From contig OX597822.1 in the NCBI GenBank assembly GCA_951406725.2, positions 36,394,001 through 36,458,000 of the forward strand: a stretch of 64,000 bases of DNA, written 5' to 3'. A program made the translations under genes and the position numbers. This DNA is from Octopus vulgaris. Its lineage: Eukaryota. This document shows positions 44,801 through 58,300 of the stretch, one piece after another. A model generated the notes under the pieces. It searched no databases. It was not told the origin of the DNA and worked only from the letters and a program-made list of their open reading frames with translations. Position 1 is the stretch's first letter, and the number at the start of each line of letters is the position of its first letter.

Positions 44801-47800
44801 AGTCCACTTACAAGGCTTTGGTCAACCTGAGACTATAGTAGAAGACACTTGCTCAAAGTGCAATGCAGTGGGACTGAACCCAAAACTGTGTGATTGGGAA
44901 CCAAGCTTCTTACCACACAGCCATCCCAACACCTTTCTTTATCTTTACAAGATTGGCTATGGTGGTAGTTGTAAGTGAACATCACTGTCATACAAGAAAT
45001 GTTCTTCATTTCCAGTCTTCCATGAAAAACATGTCAAGCCATGGGAATTATCTTATTTGGAAACAAGTAAGGGTTAGCAACAGGAAGGGTATCTGGCTGT
45101 AAAAGAAGTTTTAATAAACTCCATCTGATCCATGCAAGCATGGAAAAAATGGATGTTAAATGATGGCGATGATAATTTTCTGAACATATTAACAGTTATT
45201 GAAAAATAAAATAAAATGGTTTCAAGCATGACTCAGCTTGGCTTTCAGTAATAATGAAAAATAGTACTTAGTGTAGTAATTTTCACTTAATTTCAGAGGT
45301 ACTATAACAGTTCCTCAAGGATTGTCTCAAAGTAATGGTCAAAAAGAGATAGTTACCAGGTTCCTGAGTTTTAAATAATTCCTCTTGCAGTTCTGGTAAG
45401 AACGTGTCAATACGGTCCCATGTCAATTTCCAGAGTTGTGAGTCTGTTGTATCAGTGTGGAAAATTCCAGCTGTGTCCATAACTAATAACATATTTTTTA
45501 AGGATTCTCGTATTGCATCTGACTGTAATAATAATAATAATAATAAAAATGATAACAACATCAATAGCAACAACAATAATGATAATGGTTTCAATTTTGG
45601 TTAAGGCGGCGAGCTGGCAGAAACATTACTATTTCATTTGTCTTTACATTCTGAATTCAAATTCTGCCAAGGTTGACTTTGCCTTTCGTCTTTTTGAGGT
45701 CAATAAATTAAGTACCAGTTGCATACTGGGGTTGATCTTATCAACTGGCCTCCTCCCCAGAAATTTCAGGCCTTGTGCCTAGAGTAGAAAAGAATTTAGG
45801 TACAAAGCCAGCAACTTTGGAGGAGGGGGATAGTTGATTACGCTGACCCCAGTGTCCAACTGGTATTTATTCTATTGACCCCTAAAGGATGGAAGAGGCA
45901 AAGTTGAACTCAGAATGTAAAAACGGATGAATCTGTTTTAGGCACAAGGCTGGAAATTTGGGGAAAGGGGCCAGTTGATACCTTAACCTCAGTGTTCAAC
46001 TGGTACTATTTATCAAACCCCAAAAGGATGAAAGATAAAGCTGATCTCAGCAGGATTTTAACTCAGAAAGTAAAGAGCTGGAAAAAAAAAATGTTGCTAA
46101 GCATTTTATCCAACACACTAATGATTCTGCCAGTTCACCAGCCTAATTATAGATAAATAATGATTTCTGATTTAGGCAGGGAAAATAGTTGTAGACCCTG
46201 GAAAGATATTAAGCAAAGTTGATCTTGGTGGGATTTGAATTAATAAAAGCTAGAACAAGTATTATAAAGCACTTTTTTGGTGGTCTAATGACTTCGCCAA
46301 TAAAAATAATAATAATAATAATCTTTCCAGTAAAGGCACAAGGCCTGGAATTTTGGGGGAGGGAACTAGTCGATTACATCGACCCCAGTATCTCACTGGC
46401 ACTTTATTTATTGACCCTGAGAGGATGAAAGGCAAAGTCAACCTCAGTTGAATCTGAACTCAGAACATAGTGGGAAACGAAATTCCATTAAACATTTCAC
46501 CTGGCATGCTAACGATTCTACCAGCTCGCCACCATAATAATAATAATAATGGTTTCAACTTTTGGCACCACCAGTGTTCTACTGGTACTTATTTTATGGA
46601 CCACGAAGGAATGAAAAGCAAAGCTGACCTTGGTAGAATTTAAACTCAGAACGAAAAGATGAACAAAATACTTCTAAGCATTTTGCTCAGCATGCTAACA
46701 ATTCTGCCAGCTCGCTGCCTTAATAATAATAATAATAATAATAGTAATAATAATAATATTAATAATACTCACCAAGAGATCACTGCCTTTGTGCATGTAT
46801 TTATCCATGAAATCTAATATAGTTAGCCATAGTGCTGTAAAGGTACTCAATGATAAGAGAGGAGACAGATGCTGTAGGAATACCTGTAGATAGAAAAATA
46901 TACATAATGAGTTAAATTTATGTTCACAAACGAAATTTGGTGGTGGTTGTTGTTGTTTAGCCTCGCTGAAGCTTTGAATGATGAGATATAAACAACAAAA
47001 GGTATTCCAGCTATGACCATCCTTTGTTATATTCAGATAGTTGTGTAGTTAAAAAGCATGCTGTCTCAGGTTGAAGTGTCTTCTACTATAACCTTGGTCT
47101 GTCCAAAGCCTTGTGAGTGGAATTGGTAGATGGAAATATATATTTCTGTACTTATGTGTTTATACATATATGTGTATGTGTGTGTTTGTGTGTAGTCTTG
47201 CCATCCTGTAAAGGTCGTAAACAAGCATCACCATCATTCAAGACGTGTTGTTTGTTCCCAGTTTTCTGTGAGAAAACATGTCTGACCAAGGAGGAAATAT
47301 TATCTCGCTGATAACTGGTCAGAGTTTGTGACAGGAAGAGCACCCAGTTGTAGAAAACCTGCCTCAACAAATTCAGTGTGATCCATGCAAGCATGGAAAA
47401 GTAGACAGTAAATGATGATGAAAATGATTGTAATATATCTAGGACTACATTTGGCGGTAGGATATGATTTGAAGAAGATTCCACTGCTATATCTAGCAGA
47501 CTGAGAGACCATGTGGAGGCTTCTACATTCTGTTTGATTCCAAGTCAACTGTGAATGAGCAAATTTATGATTAAAGTCATTCAAGTTATGACCACATCAT
47601 CCAGTGCCTTTTTTAAATAAGATGATGGGCTTAATTTTTTACACAATCACAAGGCAAGAAACTGGGGTTTAAACAATAAAATCACTTCTAGTACTTGATA
47701 GATAATTATTTTATAGATCCAAAAAGAATTAAAAAAATCAAATTTGACTTCAGCTAGGATTTGAACTCAGAAACATAAAGAACCAGAATAAATACTGCAA

Positions 47801-48896
47801 CAAATTATTTTCTGTTGCTCTAATGATTGTGCCAATCAACAGGCCCCACAATAACATATCATCGAAGAAAATCTTAGTTAATTGGCAAAAATGAGAAATA
47901 AGTTTGGTGTTGTTAATGCTTTCTTTGAATATCTATAAACTTACTTATGAAGCAAAGTAATGATGACAGAATATCTTAATATTTGCTTCATTTAGGGTAA
48001 CAACAATAAAACAATAGATGTAGTGAAAAATAAATAATTTCAATTAATTACTCAGTGATACCATCTACAGGAAATGCCATACTTAATATGAAAATATAGT
48101 ATTTAATTTAGTGTACTGTGTGACCTTTTCAAGGCACCAATTTTATATATACACATACACACATCGCCTGTGCTGGTGCCACACGAAAAGTACTCAGTCC
48201 ACTCTGCAGGGTGGTTGGCATTAGGAAGGGTATCCAAGCCATAAAAAAAACCCATGCCAAAACAGACGCTGAAGCCTGGTGCAGTCTTCTGACTTACAAA
48301 TTCCTGTCAAACTATCTAACCCATGCAAGCATGGAAATGCAGACATTAAATGATGATTTATATATATATATATCGTATGTGTGTAATTGTGTGCATGCTT
48401 GTATTGGTATACAAGTTTATATATATATATATATATTGGCAAGAAATTGTTAATAAATCTGTATTTGTCAAACAAAAAAACAAATAACCCGTGCCTATTT
48501 ATTCAGGAAGACTTACACAAACATCCCCTTGTTATTCTCATGTTTGGAAATGTAACGAACCAATGACTGGCCCTTTGGACACCTACAACCAATGACTGAT
48601 ATAAAATTTAAAAAACAAAAAAAAATGTTACATTGTAAAATGATCTTAGCCAACTCACCTTACAGATTAACGTTGATGCTCTGACACGGGTCTCTTCCAT
48701 TCCAGAAGGATCCTGGCTATTTATATTACTTAGCAGTTTGGTGAGAAGTGGAAAGAGAACCTTCAAAAAAACAGTTGCAAAAACATTTGTAGTTTATTGA
48801 ATATACAAAGTATATTGAATATTTAGTGATAAAGATTCAAGTTTTTGGTTTTACATCATTCAGTATAATTTAAAACAAAAATTTCAATATTTTATA

Positions 48897-48957
<61 letters not shown>

Positions 48958-49288
48958 ATAAAGACCCATTTTGATCATGAATGACCAAAAGATTGCACTT
49001 AGAAAGTTTCCCTCCAAAGCACAAATCTGGGCAAAGTTGCTTGTGGAAGACCAGCAGTTGCACATGCATACTAACCTCCCCTCTTCACGTCACCAATGTT
49101 AGCCAAGGGAAAGGCAAAGGCCAATACAGCTTGACACCAGTGACATCGCAGCTCATTTCTACAGATGAGTAAACTGGAGCAATGTGAAAATAAAGTTTTG
49201 CTCAAAAATACAACACACAGCCCAGTCCAAGAATTGAACTCACTACCTCATGATTGTGAGCCCAATGCTCTAACCACTGAGCCCTGCA

Positions 49289-49323
<35 letters not shown>

Positions 49324-52300
49324 GCATGAATTTAATATTGCCTTATTTCATCTGTCACACACGTCTCTGTGTTCAATAACCATTCACTTAAAACCTATTT
49401 TACTAGATATTTTCAGAAATTTAGTCTCAGTATTTAGTTGATTTTTTTCAACATTAACACACCCGATTCACATAATCCTAAATCTTCATAGAAAATGTCA
49501 AAACAGGAAAGTTCCATACACACCTTATTAAAGCAAGCTTCCCACTCACTAGCAGAAAGAGTCTGAAGATCATGGACAAGTAAAGCTCTTTGAAGGTAGG
49601 TGAGGGCTTGACTTCGAACTTGTCTACGAGAATCACAACACAGCCGAGCAATTCCTGAAAATGATGACAAATAATATGATACGCATATCAATTATCAAGA
49701 TAAAGAAATGACAGACTGCTATTTAGTGTTGTTGACTGGAAGCAAAAGTAAGTTTTATCTGAATCCTTTTGATAACAAAACCCTTCTGAGTCTGATTGTG
49801 GTTCTAAAATACAAACTTGCTAAATTAAAATCTTCTATCAAAATTTCATGTTAATTTATGTTTCAAAATAATTGAAATAGAAGCAGTGATTTAACAGAAA
49901 TATGGAGAAAAAAAAAAAGGATTATCGAAAGAATGGTAGTAATATTTTTCCTTAATTAATTTTCAGCAACAGTAAATTTTACATAAATCAAATATAACCA
50001 GGTCTGTTTTTTGTAGCAGCAATTTCCATTTCAAACTGTCTTCATAATTTATAATGAATACTTTGCAATAATTAAGCAATTACACATTATTAACTATAAG
50101 TGATTTAAAATAATTGAACAACAAAATTTGGGGAAAAGAGTTGTTTAATAAATTGAATTAAATAAAGATAAGTTAGTGCCTGTGAATTAGAGATTTGCGC
50201 ATACCTTGTAAAAGAGGGCACCAACACTTTGCCCACAGAGTACTTGTACCAGCATCAATAGCGGCATCACTGACTTCTCCACTAGAATTGCCTTCCTCTG
50301 CCCAATAACTGAAGATAGATGCAGCCCTTGTGTGCAAAGTGTGCATCAAGTCCAGCAACTGTTTTGCAATACATAAAAAAAATATTAAATTCATATATAA
50401 TCATGATTTTTTTTTCTCTTAGAAACAGATTAATAAGCTTTATAATTTATATACAACCTAATCTTCTAAGAACTAAGTTGCATTTATAATAAAAAGGGTG
50501 GAAAAAAACCGTTTAAATACTCTAAATAATAATTTACCTGAATGGAGAGAGAGTGTAAGCCAGCAGCCAATGTTTCATTGTCGTTTTCATCATCAGAAAT
50601 TTGCGTCTGATTCTGCTGGCTGGCATTAGAGTAGGATCTTTTTGTTCTGTATTGTTCTTTCTTTGGCCGGTTTGATTTAGAATGATGTTTCTTATCACGG
50701 GGAGTTTGAGTAGTTTTACAAATATTTTTTTGTTGTCCTAAAAAAATAAATAAATAAATTAGATGCTGGAATGGCTGTGTGGTAAGTACAGGCGCAGGAG
50801 TGACTGTGTGGTAAGTAGCTTGCTTCTCAAGCAAATGGTTCCGGGTTCAGTCCCACTGTGTGGCACCTTGGGCAAGTGTTTTCTACTATAACCTCAGGCC
50901 GACCAAAGCCTTGCAAGCGGATTTGGTAGATAGAAACTGAAAGAAGCCCATTGTGTGTGTGTATGTGTGTGTTTGTCGCCACACCATCATTTGACAACCA
51001 ACGCTGGTGTGTTTACATCCCTGTAACTTAGCGGTTTGGCAAAAAAGTCCGATAGAATAAGTACTAGATTTACAAAGAATAAGTCCTGGGGTCGATTTGT
51101 TTGACTAAAGGTAGTGCTCCAGCATGGCCACAGCCAAATGACTGAAACAAATAAAAGAGTAAGCTAAAAAAACTTGCAATTTAAACCAATCCTTTGGGTA
51201 ATTGCCAAATTTGCAAGCAGCAAAATATGTATCTAACAAAAATTTTTAATTTGTTCTTATTCTCAGCAGTTGTGTTTGTGTGAAATTATTGCAGTTGACA
51301 GAGAACTCAAAAAGTTTATGATTGGTGTCTGGTGTTTCGAGTAAATTTGATTTCAAGGCTCAAGAGGGAAATAGTTTAAGGTGGTACTAAGTGTATCTTT
51401 TATCTTTCACTTGCTTCAATCATTAGACTGCAGCCATGCTGGGGCACCACCTGGAAGAATTTTTATTACGATGACTAACCCCAGTTTTTTTTTAAAGCTT
51501 AGTACTTATTCTGCTGGTCTCTGTTGTTAAATTGTTAAGTTACAGGGACATAAACACACCAACACCGGTTGTCAAGAGGTGGTGAGGGACAAATACAGAC
51601 ACAAAGATACACACACACACGATGGGCTTTTTTTCAGTTTCTGTCTACCAAATGCACTCACAAGGCTTTGGTCAGCCCAAGGCTGTAATAGAAGACACTT
51701 GCCCTAGGTGACACAAAGTAGAATTGAACCTGGATCTAAGCATTAAATTCATCAGGGAAAGTGGACTTCAGAGAGATCTTTCTATAAGGCTGGTGGCTTT
51801 TATTTTTATCTCCTAGCACAAGTGCTAATAGTCAGAGATATTGAAGTAATGCAATACCCTAATGCAGTGGTTTGCAAACTTATTTTGTCATAGAACCCTT
51901 GTCTGAGTTTCCAAAAATAATGGAATTCATGTTTCTACTTTACAGACAATCCTAGTTAACCTTAGATAAGACAAAATTGTTTTAGAGAGAGAGAAGTTAT
52001 TGATATACAAAAAGAAAATTAAGCAAAAAAGACAAGATTTCACTTCACAATAGTCCACCTCATATCGTCCCCTAAATTTTCCTAATAATGTAATGTGAAA
52101 GGATCAATCTGAACTGATTCTGATTATATGGGCATGGACACATTAAAACTCCGACATCTGGCAGCTGACTTGGCAGACACCCATAAAATTATTAACCATC
52201 TTACAAACAATAACTCTGAGCACCTTTTCAAATTCCATCTGTCTAACACCTGTGGACATGTTTACAAAGTTAGAAAACAGCACAGCTCCCACGACTTTCA

Positions 52301-55300
52301 GAAACATTTCTTCACACTAAGATTTGCTGAAGCATGGAACAAACTGCCGGCATCAGTTGTTAGTTGTCGGAGCACTGCATCCTTCAAAACTTCCATGCTT
52401 CCTGAGATTCACCAACACTACACCTGATTTTCTTCCCTCCATACATACGCAAGCATGTATCTAACTCATACACTGTTTGCTTTCCAGACATTTGTACATT
52501 ACTACATACACTCTATATGCACTTTCTGACAAGATGTGCATCTGAGCACTGTATACAATAATATTATTATTATTATTATTATTATATATACAGTATTTTA
52601 TGAATTCTTACAGCAGGTTGACATGAAAATAATAGTAGTAGTTGAAAACCACGAATGGTTCAATATAGGAGCAAGATATTTTACTAACCTCCATTGATAC
52701 TAGCTTCAACAAATGCACGGATGGCATGAATACAGCTTTCAAAGTTGTGTGGTGTTACATGTACTGCATCTCGTACCAGAAAAGCCAACGTTTCTGACGA
52801 CCGGAGTAAAGCTTTAGAATCACAGTAAAAAATATCTTCGTTGAGATCAATAGAGTATTGGTTACGTGGAGGACGGTGGGTGGTGGGGGAAGTCAAAGAA
52901 TTTGTAGAACCAGTGCTTACAACTTCTTTCTCCACCTGAAGCAAATGACAAAAATAGTACATAAAACCTTAAAGTACAAAATGGTAAATTACTTTTGAGA
53001 AATTTCTAAATGAATGCTACACTGTATTTGGAATTTGTATTTATCACTGACCTGAAATACTTCTTTGTATGTGAAAGCATAACTAATATTTGATTATATT
53101 AAAGCAAAGCTCATAAAGATCAGTGTTAAAAGTAACTAAAAACGTTCTAAATGCTATTTACTTTAGATTTAAGAATGTATGACAGTCACTTCATTACAAG
53201 AAAGTTTTTTTTTAAATTTAAGGCTGAATGTTTGTATGTGCTACTAGTAACATGTGCCCCGGTATAACATGTTGCATGGTCAGGCCATTGGTGACTAAAC
53301 TGGCAACACCACCAAGCCTACTTAGTGAGTAAGGAGGTTTTTGGCCACCCTGCGGGATGAAAAACAAAACCCATAAAAGGACTTAAATCTTTTTTTAGGT
53401 ACCCAGGTGGATATTTAGCCTACCATGCAAAGCAACTAACCCAGCAGGTGGACATTTAGCCTACCAGAGTGAGTTGCACTCCATGCTGAAGTAAAGACAA
53501 CCAGCCCAGCAGGTGGACATTTAGCCTACCAGAGTGAGTTGCACTCTATGCTGTGGTAAAGGCAATTAATCCAGGAGATGGAGAACTGTAACAGAAAAAC
53601 CTGTGGTATGTTGTTCATTGAGTTTGTAGCAAACATTTGCACCAATTTTCTATCTGCATTTCCATAAAAAATGCGGTTGGTTCTACATAAGCATTCACCA
53701 CTGAAAACAAATCATTTGTGTGGGCATCTAGCAGTATAATAATAAAAATAATAATCCTTTCTGCTATAGGCATAAGGTCTGAAATTTTGGGGTGGAGGAT
53801 AGCTGATTACATTGACTTCAGTGCTTAACTAGTGCTTATTTCACTGATCTTGGAGGGATGAAAGGCAAGGTCAACTGTGGCAGCATTTTAACTCAGAAAT
53901 GTAAAGCTGGAAAAAATGCTGATGCGTATTTTGCCTGGTATGCTACCATAATAATAACGATGATAATGACAATGATGATAATCATCATCATCGTTTAATG
54001 TCTGTTCTCCATGCTAGCATGGGTTGGACGGTTCGACCGGGGATCTGGGAAGCCAGAAGGCTACACCAGGCTCCAGTCTGATCTGGCAGTGTTTCTACAG
54101 CTGGATGCCCTTCCTAACGCCAACCACTCCGTGAGTGTAGTGGGTGCTTTTTACGTGCCAGGTGAGGCTGGCAACAGTCATGATCGGATTGGTGCATTTT
54201 ACATGCCACCGGCACAGAAGCCAGTCAAGGCGGCGAAAAGCAATAAGAGCACTCACTACTATTTAAAATGTATTTAACTGAGGTAATTTTTTTTTACTGA
54301 GGAATTTTTTTCATGCAAATTTTTGCAATTAAAATGAAATAAATGCTTCCAGAAAAATCTGAGGCTTTAATATAAAATAATTTTGCTTCAAAACAAACCT
54401 TGGTGCTAAACAAGAAAAAAGAAAACACACAACACATACCATGAGCCAACTGACATTGTCTGGGGCAGGTTTAACTTCTAATTCTGTATGACAGGTTCGA
54501 TGGTGTTTTGACTGAGTGTCATATAACTCGCTATCAGATGTATAGCCTCTCTCGCCTGATTCAGATGGAATGTTCACACTTTGAACTTCACTGTCACTTT
54601 GAGCTCCTGCAAAATACAATGGTTTACATCATCATCATCGTTTAACGTCCGCTTTCCATGCTAGCATGGGTTGGACAAAATAAATTATGCCCAGCATGGG
54701 GCATGAACCCACGACCCCAAGATTAAGAGTCTCAAAGCAAATTTTGCCCTCCCCACCACTATCTTAGGTTTGTTCCTTAGTAAAAAAAAAAGAAAAGAAA
54801 AAGGTCTATGCTTCAGTTTAGAATGGTTACTTGCACACAAAAATATTTAACTAACATTATTTCAAACAGTTATTACTAGTTAAGATGGTTAAAGAATGTC
54901 CAAAGTTTAAGATAAGAAAATATTTAAGGAAAATTATTAGTCAAATGTACCAGAGTCTGTTGCAGCATCATTTGTAGCATTAGAGGTACATAACTGCATA
55001 AAGTTTGGTGGTTTAGCGCCTGCTCCAACTACTTCAAGAACTGTGAACAAAGTGTACCAATCTTGCGTTGAATGAATGTTGGCAGCATTAGTGCGCAAAA
55101 GATCATGAAGACCGTATGCCACTTGCTGGCAGATGGAATGGATCACAGCTGGTTTCATCATTAGCAAGATACGTAGTGAAGCAAGGACCTACAACAAAGC
55201 GAGAGAGAGAGATAGAAAAATACAAGATAAATAGACAGAAATATAAATACATAGAAAGAGATATATAAAGAGATACAGATAAATAGACAGGCAGAGAGGT

Positions 55301-58300
55301 TTAATTTATAGAAGTATATGAAAAAATTTAATATTAATGTGATGGTAAAAGAATAATATGTACTGGAAATCTTGGGAGTCTGACAATTGAATAAATTCAT
55401 TATGATGACGAATTGGTGATTACAGTATATATAAGTCTGTAGGCAACAGAAATAATATGGAATTTCAGTTTTATTTGCATGACTTACCTGGGAAGCTATC
55501 TCTTCTCTCCTGAGCAGGCGTATGGCAATTCGAAGAAGACCAACAACAGCTCTTTCTACTAGGAATGTATGATCAGTAGCATCGACAATAAGGTTGTAGA
55601 GGTGATCTCGAACAGCTTGCCAGATTATTGTCACTCTATCCCTGTAAACAGATAAACGAATGTTGAAACAATTGCATTTGAAGTTGATAAAAAACCAAAT
55701 CAGTTAATATAATTCTTAGGTCATTCATTCATTTCATGTCCATTTTTCCTTGCTGGCATGGGTTGAACGGGAATTTATCTGGTAAGCTCCATCCAAGGCT
55801 AAATACAGGGACAGGTCTGATAGCTGACAAGTACTATGAGATAGCATTTTATAATCAAATGCCCTTCCTGTTTCCAACTCTGACCTGTTTTACGAGTAAA
55901 AGTTTTTTTATTCAACCTGTCTTTGAAAGTACAGTGACCAGTTGCGAAGTTAACAAGGAAATAAACATATCACAGCTTCAGGTGAGAATCAGCTGATGAG
56001 ATGTCGTCATCATCATGATCATCATTTAACATCCATTTTCCACACTGGCATGGGTCAGATGGCTTGAGAAGATCCAGTGAGCCACAGAGATATGCCAAGC
56101 TCCAGTGCCAGCTTTGGTATGGTTTTTATAGCTAGATGTCCTTCCTAATGCCAACCATCTTATTGACACTAATGATGTGACTAAGTAACTTGCAAGATAT
56201 AAAAAGAGAACAGAGAAAAAGGATAAAGGTCCTGCTACTAAGTTGAAGCAGGGAAGAATTCAAAGTGTGAGGTGGCTTACCAACTAACCAACCAACCAGC
56301 AGGAGGAAAATTGATGCTGTTGATAGTGTTGAGATGACAATGATGGTGGTGGTAGCAAAGCTGGTGACTAAAAATGAAAGCTATGTAGTAAGAAGCTTGC
56401 TTCCCAACCACATGGTTCCAGGTTTAGTCCCACTGCATGACACCTTGGGCAAGTGTCTTCTACTATAGCCTTGAGCTGACCAAAGCCTTGTGAGTGGATT
56501 TGGTAGACGGAAACCGAAAGAAGCCCATCGTATATGTGTGTCTTTGTGCATGTATTTGTCCCCCATCACCATTTGACAATTGGTGCTGATGTGTTTACGT
56601 CCCTGTAACTTAGCAGTTTAGCAAAAGAAACCAATAGAATAAGTACTAGGCTACTATGCTTAAGAAATAAGTCCTGGGGGCGATTTGTTCAACTAAAACT
56701 CTTCAAAGAGGTGTTCCAGCATGGCCACAGTCAAAGGATTGAAACAGGTAAAAGAATAAAAGAATGTTATTTGTAGATTCCTAGTACAATGTACAGTGTG
56801 TAGATATTACAAACCTGTTTTGCAAGACTACTTTTATAAGAAGCTCAAGGAAAAACACAGCAGAATCCTCATCTCCTTGCATGCAGAGGGCTTCGTCAGA
56901 ATCTGGCACCTGGGAACCAATGAGCAGTGTCTGAAATACACAGAAAAGATTGTAAGATGTTGAAAAAATGAAAAAGCACAAAGAAAGGGTCATAGAAAAA
57001 AAGAAGCAATGTCATCTCGCCCCAAATGACTGGGTATAGTTTATGAGAATAAAAGAGGATCAAGACCATCTTTTATGAATGGACTAATCAAATGTCACCA
57101 ACATAATCATTTTAATGTCCACAATTCCATGCTCATATGGGTTGGATGAAATTTGTGGAGGTACATTTTCTATCGCTGGATTATGTATGTGTATAAATAT
57201 ATAGTTGTATGTCTCTTAGATAGGGGAAAAACATCACCTTGCTTGGAAATTGGTGAGGGGTCAGCCTCATGAAGGGCATTCAGCTGTAGAAAGCCTACCA
57301 TACAAATAATGCTGCACACACACACACATATATATGGCTATGTGGGTGGGAGGGTAAGAGAGATGACAGAAGGGGAGAGAGGGAGAGAGAATGGCAGGAG
57401 GGGAGAGAGAGACGACAGAAGGGGAGAGTGAGGGCAGGAGAAGAGAGAGGGAGGTGAGATGGAGAGAGAGAGAAATCCATTAATTTAAGCCACCTTAACC
57501 AGCTCTTGCAGAGCTTCTTCCCGTAGAAACTTGCTGTCCATAATCAGCTGTTCAAGGTGACAATCATGAATGCAATTGCGAGCCTGTTCAGTGGCTTCTT
57601 GTTCTTCTGGTGTTGGACCTTTAGTGTTAGCAGATTCTGATAATGCAAAAAATCCATAGAAGGAACTAAGCATTCCAGTTTCTGGTCTGAAAGAAATCAA
57701 AGAGAAACAGTCATTTAGTGAAAATAATTTAGAACAATGGTTCTTAGTTTTTTGTAACTCAGCATACCTTTTTACCAAATACAAATATTAAAAAAACAAA
57801 AAGAGAAATAAATCGCACAGGTGTGGTTGTGTAGTGGGAAGTTTGCTTCTTAACCACCCAACCACATGGTTCGGGTTTTACCCTACTGTGGGGCACATTG
57901 GGCAAGTGTCTTCTACAATAACCTCAGGCTGACCAAAGATTTAGTAGATGGAAACTGAAAGAAGCCAGTCATATATATATGTGTGTCCCCCATCAGTGCT
58001 TGATAACTGGTGTTGGTTTATGTCCTCATAACTTAGCAGTTTGACAAAAGAGACCAATAGAGTAGGTAACAGGCTTTAAAAAAAAGTACTGGGATTGATT
58101 CATTTGACTAAAAACTCTTCAAAGCAGTGCCCCAATGTGGCTGCAGTCTTATAACTGAAACGAGTCCCCTTCTCCTGATCCAAAGTCCATTCCTTCCTTG
58201 TTTTTCAAATATGCCAGTGACTTCATGGGTTATCTCCTTACTTTGACTATTATCCTCCCACTAATACTTATTTCTTCCTTGTTACCCTTCATTTCTTTCT

